A DNA stretch of 64,000 nt from a virus (Duplodnaviria > Caudoviricetes): the IMG/VR virus record IMGVR_UViG_3300046318_000318; one strand, written 5' to 3'. The notes beneath the pieces were generated by a model. The model did not search any database. It was not told the origin of the DNA and saw only the letters and a list, made by a program, of their open reading frames with translations. This document shows, piece by piece, positions 36,067 through 45,266 of this stretch. How positions within the stretch are numbered: the first letter of the stretch is position 1; each line of letters opens with the position of its first letter. The position numbers and the translations under genes were made by a program.

Positions 36067-38079
36067 TTAGACAGTTAAGGTTCTTCGTTGTCGTTCAGCT
36101 TCGAGTACCTCATGAGGCATCACGAACACATCGAACGGGCTGTCGGGTCTGTCCAACTTGTAATAGCTGGCTGGATTCAGGATCACATCTTGCTGACCCT
36201 GATAAGCAAATGCCACAGAGAGACTTCGGTTCTTCATGACTCTGGCTGCGATAGACATCACAGCTTTATCAGACCCACGAGAAAGACCGAAGGTACCTGG
36301 TTCACTTACCATACTTGCGTAGATAATCACTTCAAGACAAGCTATGTTCACATTGAGTTTGGCATTCACCAACATGAACAGCTGTTGCAGTGTGTAGACA
36401 GCAGACTCTGGAGTCTGTCGATCATTCAGGTTTTCCAACTTAGACTCGATGATCTCGGCCACTTGTTTAGAGTGATCTGAGAACGAGTACTCGATGTCGG
36501 GCATCTTGAACAACGGCAGTGTATAGTTCCAGTTGGTCAACTCAAGAACAAAGTTGTTTTTGCTGTCTGTGTGCCATCCATGATCTTTAAGATAATACAG
36601 AAACTCCTGGCTCAGATTAGCTCCTCGATTACCTTGAGAAAGATCTACTGTATCAACAAGCTTGTTACCTTTGGCGTCTGTCAAACACAGATCGATCGTA
36701 GAGATGTTACTCACACGAGTCGGGTTGATCTTAGTCACATCTTGAGCAATATGCAGATCCACCAACCCAGGCAAGCAATCCCTACTGATCGTTATCGTAG
36801 GATTCATCTTCTTGAACCTTGTGTTCAGGATGTATCCAGTCTTCTCTTTAGTCAGATCAAAGAATCTTCCTGTGTTATCAGAGAGGTTGATGGTGGGTGA
36901 GACTGAACTGGCCTGATAGTGCTTGTTCGACAACACAGACTGAGAGGTCTGTTGAGTCATCGTGGCTGCACAAATATGCCCAAGGTTGGTATATGCAGAC
37001 AGGTTGTATGACAACCCACCGAAGCATACAGCACAGACACCGTGCTTGTCGTTGTGCTTACAACCCAGAACAGACCTGATTTTAAGTGTCTTCCCATACA
37101 GAGTAGAGTCGTCACCACGGATCATTTTCAGATTACCAGTTTCTTCATCCAGATAATACTTGCCAGCCATGTAAGCCAGATCACCTTGGTAGGTCGTTAC
37201 ACCAGCTTCATCTTTGGTAGGTGGAAGTATTAGCCAGTGAATGTAATCTGTAGATCCACAATCTACATAGTGAAGTCTTTCTACTGTCATGCACAACAGC
37301 TGAAGTCGCCGAGCAAAATACTCAGCATCTTCCAAAGGCGACTCTGAGAAATAGTGACTCTTAGCAGCAGAACGTGATTCAGCTGCGTAGTCGTGAAGTC
37401 TCACAAACCCTTCTGTGAAGTTGGACATGATAGGAGTAGGAAGGATCTTACCATCTACCTCTGTCAGAAACCCACGCACAGCCACACACTGGGTAACTTG
37501 GTTGGCATTCACCATCTTAGACCGAACAGCCCTAGCCAAGTTGTTGTTGGAAAACTCCTCGTTAGTCTTAAGGATGTTCAGGATCTTATTGTAACTATCC
37601 ACAATGGAATCGTTATTTGGCTGTACAGAGTCATTGATCTGTTTAACAGTCGGGTGATCCACCACTTCAATGAAGTCCAAAATGTCGATAGATGACACAT
37701 AAGCTTCTGCCTCACATGTCACCTTGTTATGAACATTGTTTGTGATTTGGTAAATCAGTTTGTTGATGTTCTCTCGATCCACTGGACTGTTGATCTTGAA
37801 GTGCCAGATCGTATCCTCAGCTATCCTTCCCAACAGCTCGATATGCGTCTCTGAACTCAAGGGTTGGTTCTTGAGCACAGTCTCAACACAATGCCTACTC
37901 GTCAAAGGCAAGCCAGCATACCTTCTGTGGAATTCCCAGAAGTGCCAACTATAGGTAGTCTTATTCCGTGTAGACGGAACGGTGTTTCCGTCGTCAAAAG
38001 TCAGAAGAAAGCTTTTGGGAAGCTCGCTCAACTGACTCTGGCTAAGGAAGCAGATTTCTCTTGCAGACAAATTGTTCAT
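36067..38079 (-). CDS. rpoC: Non-virion RNAP beta'-like C-terminal subunit (phiKZ gp74-like)
   Basis: RGFLTEVDG, ESRSAAKS, EYFARRLQL, DCGST, CAVCFG, QSVLSNKH. Confidence 0.92.
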   Translation of the reverse strand: MNNLSAREICFLSQSQLSELPKSFLLTFDDGNTVPSTRNKTTYSWHFWEFHRRYAGLPLTSRHCVETVLKNQPLSSETHIELLGRIAEDTIWHFKINSPVDRENINKLIYQITNNVHNKVTCEAEAYVSSIDILDFIEVVDHPTVKQINDSVQPNNDSIVDSYNKILNILKTNEEFSNNNLARAVRSKMVNANQVTQCVAVRGFLTEVDGKILPTPIMSNFTEGFVRLHDYAAESRSAAKSHYFSESPLEDAEYFARRLQLLCMTVERLHYVDCGSTDYIHWLILPPTKDEAGVTTYQGDLAYMAGKYYLDEETGNLKMIRGDDSTLYGKTLKIRSVLGCKHNDKHGVCAVCFGGLSYNLSAYTNLGHICAATMTQQTSQSVLSNKHYQASSVSPTINLSDNTGRFFDLTKEKTGYILNTRFKKMNPTITISRDCLPGLVDLHIAQDVTKINPTRVSNISTIDLCLTDAKGNKLVDTVDLSQGNRGANLSQEFLYYLKDHGWHTDSKNNFVLELTNWNYTLPLFKMPDIEYSFSDHSKQVAEIIESKLENLNDRQTPESAVYTLQQLFMLVNAKLNVNIACLEVIIYASMVSEPGTFGLSRGSDKAVMSIAARVMKNRSLSVAFAYQGQQDVILNPASYYKLDRPDSPFDVFVMPHEVLEAERQRRTLTV

Positions 38080-38085
38080 GATACT

Positions 38086-39012
38086 TTATTCTTCCACGTA
38101 CTTGGTTTTAAATCCGGTACAGGTGAACATGTGGTTGATGATCTGTATGGGTTTCGTGTTACCGTAAGTAACCAGATTCCTATCCACGATCTCTTTGATA
38201 TCAGAAGGTTTCTCAGCATCCAAGATGTTCCTTGCCATATGGCGCTGAACAAGAGGGTTACCAGATCTATCCAACATCTCAGCCACAGCTTCCCGACCAC
38301 AATACCCCACAAACAAACGACCCTCAGTCTCACCGATGGTCCTGACCGGTGTGTTGCGATAAGGTCTTGCATGCTTTTCACGACGGTTGACCTGAGCCAA
38401 CAATCCATGCAACTGAAGGTTGCCTGTGCTCACAGCTGTCCAGTCGTCAGCGATCTTTTCCAACAGCATCATGTACAGAGGAGCGATCCTTACATTTCTT
38501 TCCGTAGTCACCATTTCACCAGAATTACCACGATAGGTTACCTTACCGTAGACTGGTTTGTAAGGAGACGCCTCTATCCTTTTGACGATCTCTTTGGATG
38601 AGAGCTGTTTGTCAATAGGCACATAGGCATACGCATGGTTAGAGATGATACTGACCATGTGCTCAGCCTGACTCTCTGGTGTTACCATACTTGCGTAGTA
38701 CATGGCTTGTTTGTCTGAGAACAACTTATAGAAGTCCACGACATACTGATGCACGGCTTGTATCTTTTGGATATCGTGCTTAGCCAGTAACTGTTCTGCT
38801 GTCACAGCTGTGGGTGTCAATCGCTCATATCCAAATTGTTGTCTGACGTGCTGGGTGATGTCCCTCAGCGTAGCACTCATGTGCTGTTCATACAACCTAC
38901 CTAAGTTCATGCGGGAGATAGTAGATGCTGCGTCCATCACCACATCCGCACGATTGCCATTTTCGTCCACTGGCATGTTCTCAGGTTCCTCAGTTTTTAC
39001 AACTACGCCTTT
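38086..39012 (-). CDS. rpoB: Non-virion RNAP beta-like subunit, exon 2 (phiKZ gp73-like; starts KGVVVKTEEPENMPVD)
   Basis: Frame opens right after the intron terminal G at 39013; ADVVMD...SRMNLG, IAPLYMMLLEK and RTIGETEGR beta motifs. Confidence 0.9.
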   Translation of the reverse strand, partial: KGVVVKTEEPENMPVDENGNRADVVMDAASTISRMNLGRLYEQHMSATLRDITQHVRQQFGYERLTPTAVTAEQLLAKHDIQKIQAVHQYVVDFYKLFSDKQAMYYASMVTPESQAEHMVSIISNHAYAYVPIDKQLSSKEIVKRIEASPYKPVYGKVTYRGNSGEMVTTERNVRIAPLYMMLLEKIADDWTAVSTGNLQLHGLLAQVNRREKHARPYRNTPVRTIGETEGRLFVGYCGREAVAEMLDRSGNPLVQRHMARNILDAEKPSDIKEIVDRNLVTYGNTKPIQIINHMFTCTGFKTKYVEE

Positions 39013-40328
39013 CTTATTGTCCAGTAAAGTCGCTCAGCTTCACAGCTTACTCTCTTTACCCGGTGTGCTAAGACACCCGCCTGTACTTTCATACAGGAAC
39101 AGACTATATCTTCATCCTTCCTTTCGGTTAGGATGTCTCCCATTTCGAATCTTGCTAAGATCCTACGCCTTACGGCTAGTCGTTGGCCACACCCCATGTA
39201 AGTATATATGTACATACTTAGTTAGGAGCTTCGGTGCGGATTGCCCATATATCTTTATTAGTTTTACCTTACCTGTGTGATTAGCACAGCCGTTAACTCA
39301 TTTTCATGGTTAAGTTGGTCAATAAAGTTTTGGGGGTTCCCCGGCAATTAGAGAGATTTTTTGTATTTACATTACTGTAAATAGGTGGCAGGATTTTATA
39401 TTTCATTGGTAGTTACCAGACTTATTTCGATGTGTCGATCTAGCTAAGTCTAAAGATATTCTCTGGCCAGGTGGTAAATCCAGTCAGATATCTTAAAATG
39501 TAGTTCTCATATGGGATTTCATGATTATCATCCAAAAGCTCTATGACTTTATTTTGGTCTAGCTTAGTTTGATTTATAAAATCTTGAAAATTCCATACGG
39601 TTTGTTTACGCTCAGTGACATTGTAAACAATTATATCGAAAGTGTTGAACAACGTTTCCTTAAAACCTAAACCGCGAAGTAGTCTTGTTTTAAACTTCTC
39701 ACGGTCTATATTTAGTTGTCTTATCCACTCTTCAATAGGTTGTATTATATCACCGTACTTGACGTTTTGATGGTAGTATCTTACATTCACCATTTGCTCT
39801 CTTGGATTACTCCATTTACAATTAGCTTTGTAATAACCCTTATCGCCGTCTATTCTGTCGAGCGTTGTGTTGTCCGGTCTTGGACCCATATCGTCGTAAA
39901 AGTGCTTGAATGACTTAAGCCAGCTTTCACATATGGTGATCCCGCGTTCACCGTAAAGATGGTATTTTATGTTATTTTTATTAGTGCAACGCTGGATCAT
40001 ATTCTCCCAAGTAGAATATTCCCTGCTTTGCCATAAACCATGCTTTGTTTTATTAGCCTGACGGTAACACCCACAACTTTTATTTGTAGGTCTTTTCAAT
40101 AGAGGTAGACATATATTTTTAATTACGCCGCAATCACACTGGCATTTAAAAATACGCCCGCTCTTACCCATCGGAGCTTCTTCGAGAACTGTTAACATAT
40201 TGAAACGTTGTCCAATATCAATCTTGCTTCTGCTCATTTCATACTCACCTCTTTCTTTTAAATGATTTCAAATCGACACATCTGAAATCTAGGTTGTTGT
40301 TCTACCAATGAACTATAAATTTTTATTT
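39013..40328 (-). mobile_element. Group I intron in the nvRNAP beta gene, carrying an HNH endonuclease
   Basis: 5' exon ends in GGT(U) and intron ends in G; P AATTGCCGGGGAA, Q AATCCGCA, R CCAACGACTA, S AAGATATAGTCT; IGS GCCACC (39384-39389) pairs with exon GGUGGU; splicing restores HGG|KGV. Confidence 0.9.
39440..40237 (-). CDS. Intron-encoded HNH-family homing endonuclease
   Basis: CQCDCG...KSCGC, MIQRC...YGERGITIC..W, TLDRIDGDKGY...NCKW; AT-rich. Confidence 0.88.
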   Translation of the reverse strand: MSRSKIDIGQRFNMLTVLEEAPMGKSGRIFKCQCDCGVIKNICLPLLKRPTNKSCGCYRQANKTKHGLWQSREYSTWENMIQRCTNKNNIKYHLYGERGITICESWLKSFKHFYDDMGPRPDNTTLDRIDGDKGYYKANCKWSNPREQMVNVRYYHQNVKYGDIIQPIEEWIRQLNIDREKFKTRLLRGLGFKETLFNTFDIIVYNVTERKQTVWNFQDFINQTKLDQNKVIELLDDNHEIPYENYILRYLTGFTTWPENIFRLS

Positions 40329-41513
40329 ACCACCATGATTATCGGTTAACTTAAACCCTTCGCATGGCTCTATGGTGTACTCAATCACAAACTGGATTTG
40401 ATATTCGTCAACAGATGTTTTCCGTGATTGGAGTTGCAGTGGTTGTTTAAAGCTACTGCTGTTGTGATTGGTTTGCACCATGGCTTCACAGACAAGCTTG
40501 TCAAACTTAGGTGTAGTCAAGATCTCATTTGTGCCAAACTTTGTTCTGTTGTCCTTGCGAAGAGAAATTTCCAGATCGATCACTTTCTTGTAAAAAGATT
40601 GATTGGCCTCATGGTACCTGTTTAGGTAGTGAGACATCTCCACCGGCATATTCTTAACAGGTGCGTTATTGCGAATGACTTTGACATCCACCACCACTCC
40701 ACCCCCACCTCGTACGTAGACAGCTTCGTCAAACATGTGGTCGACTTCCATCAGATCGATACGGGACATCTCTACAGGCGAAAGAGATGTGTTGAAATCT
40801 CTGAACGCCATGAGAATACCATCTTCACGGATCTTGTCACCAATCTCTGGGAAAGGTTTGACCTCGTTGATGGTACCGTAAAGGTTGAGCGGGAATTGTT
40901 TACTACCGAAGTTGACCACTCGGGTGTCATAGATCTTGAACTTAAGCTTAGGCAGAAAGTCCTTAGAGACCATAATACCGTCCTCAGCCACAGACGGAAT
41001 AGACATCAAAGCGATGTTAGCGTTGATGCCAAACATGAAGTTACCGTTGTCAGAGACAGCTGGCGTGTCCGCAAAGATTGTGTCTTTTTGGATGTAAGCA
41101 CCTGGCTGAAGCTTACCGATGTTCTTCTTGTTAACTTTGTACTTAAAGCCAAAGTTCTGATGGTATTGGGCTTTGTACGGAATGACCAGATAGTCTATCT
41201 GTTTGTTATCTTCACGTTCAAAGAACACATAAGTCTCTGGATTGAAGTTCAAAGACTTGTTACCGATACCTCTTGGGTAGCGATCCATGATGGCGATGAT
41301 GCGGCCATCTTCAGGCATCTTTACGTTAAAGGTATACTTACCGAACTCTTGTTCAAGCCCAGTCTGTACCAGTTTCTCTTGAGCGCCGTCGATCACCAGA
41401 CGCTGACCGATATGTGAAGAGAACATAACTGCTCGTGAGGAGCTGTTATGTGCACAGTAGGCATTCAGACCTTGAATACCTACGAATTCCAGTTTCAGTT
41501 CATTCTTTTGCAT
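40329..41513 (-). CDS. rpoB: Non-virion RNAP beta-like subunit, exon 1 (phiKZ gp71-like)
   Basis: SSSRAVMFSSHIGQ, NANIALMSIP..AEDG, FKLTDNHGG; spliced product about 703 aa. Confidence 0.92.
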
Positions 41514-42003
41514 GATTGCTCCTTATGGTGGATATGATCCAGTGTGGTACTTTTGATGGAAGAGACCAGTGAGCAAACTTAAGTTTTTCACCGATGTAGA
41601 AGGATCTATAAGCTTGAACAAGGTCGTCTTGCTTATATTTGTCTGGCATACAAAGAGGTATGGGGGTTCTTTCTTTCTTTGTGATTTTCTCAGGTGGTAT
41701 GGATAACCTACTCTGTAATAACAGGTGAGTCAAATGTTGTTTACCGTAGCGTTCTTCGTATTCTTCTGCCATGCAGCAGAAATACTCATAGTGCCACAGA
41801 TAGTTACCTATGCTTTCTCTTGTCCAGATGGTGGATGGGTGATTAACATGGGCGGCTTTGTAAAGACCGTCTGTGTAATCTGATTCGAGTTGGTGAGCTG
41901 TGGATAACATCTGACCAGACTCAAGAACCATCTTTACGACATGTTCATTGCATAGGTATCTAGCAGAAACCTTAGGATCTAAGTCCAATAAGAATATGTT
42001 CAT
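41500..42003 (-). CDS. denV: Pyrimidine-dimer DNA glycosylase / endonuclease V-like protein
   Basis: MNIF.LD.DP...A...C..HVVKM.LES.QMLSTAH; Y.AAHVNHPSTIW.RES..NY.W family motifs. Confidence 0.8.
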   Translation of the reverse strand: MNIFLLDLDPKVSARYLCNEHVVKMVLESGQMLSTAHQLESDYTDGLYKAAHVNHPSTIWTRESIGNYLWHYEYFCCMAEEYEERYGKQHLTHLLLQSRLSIPPEKITKKERTPIPLCMPDKYKQDDLVQAYRSFYIGEKLKFAHWSLPSKVPHWIISTIRSNHAKE

Positions 42004-42032
42004 GTTTAGACTTTGATGGATGATACAGTCAA

Positions 42033-42044
42033 ATAGAATATATG
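42033..42044 (-). promoter_or_regulatory. Candidate promoter motif variant (CATATATTCTAT)
   Basis: 2 mismatches to the 12-mer at 55098 and 57172; 30 nt upstream of the denV/beta operon; strand ambiguous. Confidence 0.3.
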
Positions 42045-42078
42045 TGGTCTAGATGGTATAGACACAGGAACATAAACC

Positions 42079-42402
42079 ATGGACATCCTAAAACAAATCC
42101 CTAATCTAGAATCTTTCTTTTTTGAGAAAGACTTCATTAACACTTTGGAATCCCACCTGACTTACTTAAGAAGTAAGAACACCAAAGTAAAAACTATCAC
42201 TACTCATCTTCTAGATAAGTACAGTGGTGACTTCTATGGGTTGTTAGATGAACTCAACATACCTAAACAGTATCATTATGCTGTCATGAGGGTGAATGGG
42301 TTCGATAACAGTGATAATTATAGATCTACCATTACTGCTATTATCATACCTGATTTCAGTGAGATAGAGTCTATTAAAGATATCTATCGTACAAAAAAAT
42401 AA
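42079..42402 (+). CDS. Small conserved protein, LysM/T4 gp53-like
   Basis: 107 aa; GDFYGLLDELNIP...AVMRVNG...IIIPD pattern. Confidence 0.55.
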   Translation: MDILKQIPNLESFFFEKDFINTLESHLTYLRSKNTKVKTITTHLLDKYSGDFYGLLDELNIPKQYHYAVMRVNGFDNSDNYRSTITAIIIPDFSEIESIKDIYRTKK

Positions 42403-42420
42403 CCCATAGGCTGTTATATG

Positions 42421-42451
42421 TCCAGAGTCCCTTGTGGGGACTCTGGATTTT
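42421..42451. terminator. Terminator hairpin
   Basis: tccagagtccc-ttgtg-gggactctgga + tttt between convergent genes. Confidence 0.75.
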
Positions 42452-42463
42452 TAACCCGAGTTA

Positions 42464-43801
42464 TCAGTAGTATCCGGTTCCTGGATACCTAACGTTTCCA
42501 GCCATGGCAGGTTGCGGCCAGCCATTTTGCGGGGACGCTATCTGTTGTTGCTGCATAGGTTGTTGAAACTGCGGTGGGTAACCATGCATCTGCTGCTGCA
42601 TCGGCATCTGTTGAGGATGTCCTTGCATAGGCATTTGCATAGGTCGACCATAGCTGTCATACACAACACCCATAGGCTGCATGGGCATTTGCTGCATAGG
42701 CATGGGTTGCACAGGACGCCCATATGGATCGTAGGCCATAGGCATTTGCTGAGGTACAAATTGACCGTTACTTTGAGTAGCTTGCTCAAAGCTGACTTTA
42801 CCATTCTTATTAGCCGGAGCTTGTGGCTTTGGCTGTTGGACTGGCATTGTGCTCATCTGAGGCATCATCTGAACAGCTGTCTGTGTAGACTCTGGCTCAG
42901 TTGGTGCTTTGGGTGTCAGACTTCCGTCACTTCCATACTGCACAGGAATGCGCAATATTTCAGCTTTCAGAGAGTCAATATCCCGCATAGCGTCAAGCCA
43001 ATCAGATGCAAACATGCATTGCTCATTCTCGTCGATGTAATCTTTGTAGATCTCAACGAGGTCATTGATGCGTGCAGTTATCTTGGCTGAACCAAACATC
43101 AACACATCCAGATAAGGAATAGTGCTGTTATTGCTACCGTAGTTATAACTCTCTTGCTTCTCCAGATCAGGAAAGACAAACTCAAACATCTTCTGAAGAC
43201 ATTCTTTGTCCTTGATGCGCAGGTGATCAACAGGAAGTCCGTTAGGAGTTTCTTTCTCTTTGGTCAGTTGCTCATAGAACGGGAATGACACCACAGATAC
43301 CCGAGTACAGCGCTTGCCTTGGTAAGACGCACCGCGATTCAGATAAAGAGACACAAAGCCTTTGTCAGGCTTGTTCTTCACTGCATGTGTCATGATTTTG
43401 ACAAAGTTTGTCAAAGTCTTCATGTCAGCATCCATACCCATGTTGAACAACTCAGCTTGCTGAGGGTTCATTTGGTTATGAAGGTCTGGACTGGCCAGAA
43501 TGTTGATCAGAGTCTGAAGCAGGTAACATGTCGAGATATTGATCTTCGTCATGATCTTCTGTTTCAGCAGGCTGATCACAACAGACTCACCTTTAAAGAT
43601 GTTCTCCGCCATGGGGTGAAAGATCATCTTTTCACTGGGATTGAAGTTCCTCAACTGTTGATCATAAGGCATCACCAGTTGCTTTCCTTCAATCAGGATC
43701 GATTCATTACCTGACCCGTAGGCATTCTTAATGAACCCACTCTTGTCTACCTTCATGGTGGCGTATTCAAGAATGGCTTCGTAAACATCCAACAGTTTCA
43801 T
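42464..43801 (-). CDS. Chimalliviridae core protein (phiKZ gp70-like) with Q/P/M-rich C-terminus
   Basis: 445 aa; LVMPYDQQLR...FHPMAENIFKGES; lies between picA and the nvRNAP beta gene. Confidence 0.75.
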   Translation of the reverse strand: MKLLDVYEAILEYATMKVDKSGFIKNAYGSGNESILIEGKQLVMPYDQQLRNFNPSEKMIFHPMAENIFKGESVVISLLKQKIMTKINISTCYLLQTLINILASPDLHNQMNPQQAELFNMGMDADMKTLTNFVKIMTHAVKNKPDKGFVSLYLNRGASYQGKRCTRVSVVSFPFYEQLTKEKETPNGLPVDHLRIKDKECLQKMFEFVFPDLEKQESYNYGSNNSTIPYLDVLMFGSAKITARINDLVEIYKDYIDENEQCMFASDWLDAMRDIDSLKAEILRIPVQYGSDGSLTPKAPTEPESTQTAVQMMPQMSTMPVQQPKPQAPANKNGKVSFEQATQSNGQFVPQQMPMAYDPYGRPVQPMPMQQMPMQPMGVVYDSYGRPMQMPMQGHPQQMPMQQQMHGYPPQFQQPMQQQQIASPQNGWPQPAMAGNVRYPGTGYY

Positions 43802-43811
43802 TTTGTTACCT

Positions 43812-45266
43812 TTAAACTATGTTGTTGATGACGGACTGCTGAGATGGTGCGTAGGTTTGTTCAACCACTTTGAACATCTGCTCAAAGTTGTGAACGTTGT
43901 GGTCAAACACTTGGTTGTTAGGAGCCAATACAGGAGCCAACAACCCATCACAGAACGAAGGTGTTACATACATGATGGCAGGACCACCGTCGATACTCAC
44001 GTTGATTTTGGTTTCGCCAAAGATGTTGACGTCCATTTCAAGTGTGTACAGTTGCTGTCCACCATACGAGATATCAGAGAATACCTCAGTATCCAGACGG
44101 TTCTTAAATGTCTGGAAAGCCTGGGTCATGTCTGCTGACGTCACAGAAGAACCACCAATAAGAGTGGTGTGTACTTGTCCCATACTGCTATGGTTTGTAC
44201 TCATGAATGTTACCTTTGAGATGAAAAGTGACATCATGATAGCCGGCACTGCATTAGACAACATGGTCGCCACCACAGTTTCACGGTTGGCTGAGTTCCA
44301 GTACTCGCTTTGACCAGATTGATGAACAGCTGCTTGATGGGTGTTACCCAGTCGCAGCATGTTGGTCATAGCCACAGTGTTGCTGTCCAGTTTGATCAGA
44401 TCGCCATAGTTGAACGTCGTCGCCAAAGGCATGCCGCGAATCTGACTGATAGCCCGAATAAACGGATTCTCAGAAATCATCGTGTCCAGAGCAATCTGTG
44501 TACCCCTTGAGTAGATATCAACATCAGACTGGCCAAAGTCAGCCAGTGCGTATGCTTGACGATGAGTGTCGAACACTTTGCTGATGAACTGACCTGGTAG
44601 ATTGTTCTCACGGTTAGACCCAATAGGTTCAGTACCCAACCGCAAACGCCCATCGTTGTATCCGATTCCAGGTTCAAGATAGGAATGCGCATTTTGAATG
44701 TAACCAGATTGGATGCCTGTGAAGACTTCCTGTGGTCGCATCTTGTGTACGCCTTTGTTCACGCTGTTGGGTTCCGGGTTGATGATCTGAGAACTCTGAG
44801 TTACCAAGTCTTTACTTGTATAACCCATAGGTGTCAATTGCTCAACACGATTGACACGAATGAAACTGTTCAGGACAAAGACCATGTTAGGATCGATGTT
44901 ACCATTTGCAGTTACACCCAGGGTGTCTGTAAACCCTTGGAAGTAGTACACACACAGACTACCCGTGTTAGACACTGTGTGGATTTCCAGAATAAACCTG
45001 ATGCGTTTCTCAGTCCACCCATATGGAATATGGATCACATCGCCTGGTGTGGCACTGGGAGCCATGATGGTACTTGCGATACCACCTAACAGATTCCCAG
45101 TGATGTTACCGTTACCGACCTGTTGCAGTCGGTTACCGATAGCGTTCATTGTATCCCCACTTACGTGGGTCATGTAAGGACGCTGATGTACGGGATTGTA
45201 AGTCCCAGTCTCTTGCATGGTGAGTTTCGCAACTCTTATGGTTTGTTTCATGGCACTTTGCATCAT
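43812..45266 (-). CDS. picA: Phage-nucleus protein importer PicA/Imp1 (phiKZ gp69-like)
   Basis: 484 aa; ETGTYNPVHQRPY, I..GW...RIRFILE, TPSFCDGL.APV; directly downstream of the gp68-like gene. Confidence 0.8.
   Translation of the reverse strand: MMQSAMKQTIRVAKLTMQETGTYNPVHQRPYMTHVSGDTMNAIGNRLQQVGNGNITGNLLGGIASTIMAPSATPGDVIHIPYGWTEKRIRFILEIHTVSNTGSLCVYYFQGFTDTLGVTANGNIDPNMVFVLNSFIRVNRVEQLTPMGYTSKDLVTQSSQIINPEPNSVNKGVHKMRPQEVFTGIQSGYIQNAHSYLEPGIGYNDGRLRLGTEPIGSNRENNLPGQFISKVFDTHRQAYALADFGQSDVDIYSRGTQIALDTMISENPFIRAISQIRGMPLATTFNYGDLIKLDSNTVAMTNMLRLGNTHQAAVHQSGQSEYWNSANRETVVATMLSNAVPAIMMSLFISKVTFMSTNHSSMGQVHTTLIGGSSVTSADMTQAFQTFKNRLDTEVFSDISYGGQQLYTLEMDVNIFGETKINVSIDGGPAIMYVTPSFCDGLLAPVLAPNNQVFDHNVHNFEQMFKVVEQTYAPSQQSVINNIV

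Noticed and set aside
23913-38079. Inteins in the polymerase, helicase or RNAP subunits
   Set aside because: No C/S...HN splice motifs or LAGLIDADG blocks seen; sizes match intein-free homologues as recalled
37864-38601. 245-aa plus-strand ORF
   Set aside because: Antisense to two RNAP genes; shadow
38086-38976. 296-aa ORF as a standalone RNAP subunit
   Set aside because: It is exon 2; the frame extends to 39012 and completes HGG-KGV
39003-39215. 70-aa minus-strand ORF (also 51815..52099 plus)
   Set aside because: Lies in the group I catalytic core (P7-P9); chance ORF
40629-41417. 262-aa plus-strand ORF
   Set aside because: Antisense shadow of nvRNAP beta exon 1
42512-43090. 192-aa His/Leu-rich ORF
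   Set aside because: Reverse-frame readout of the Q/P/M repeat tail
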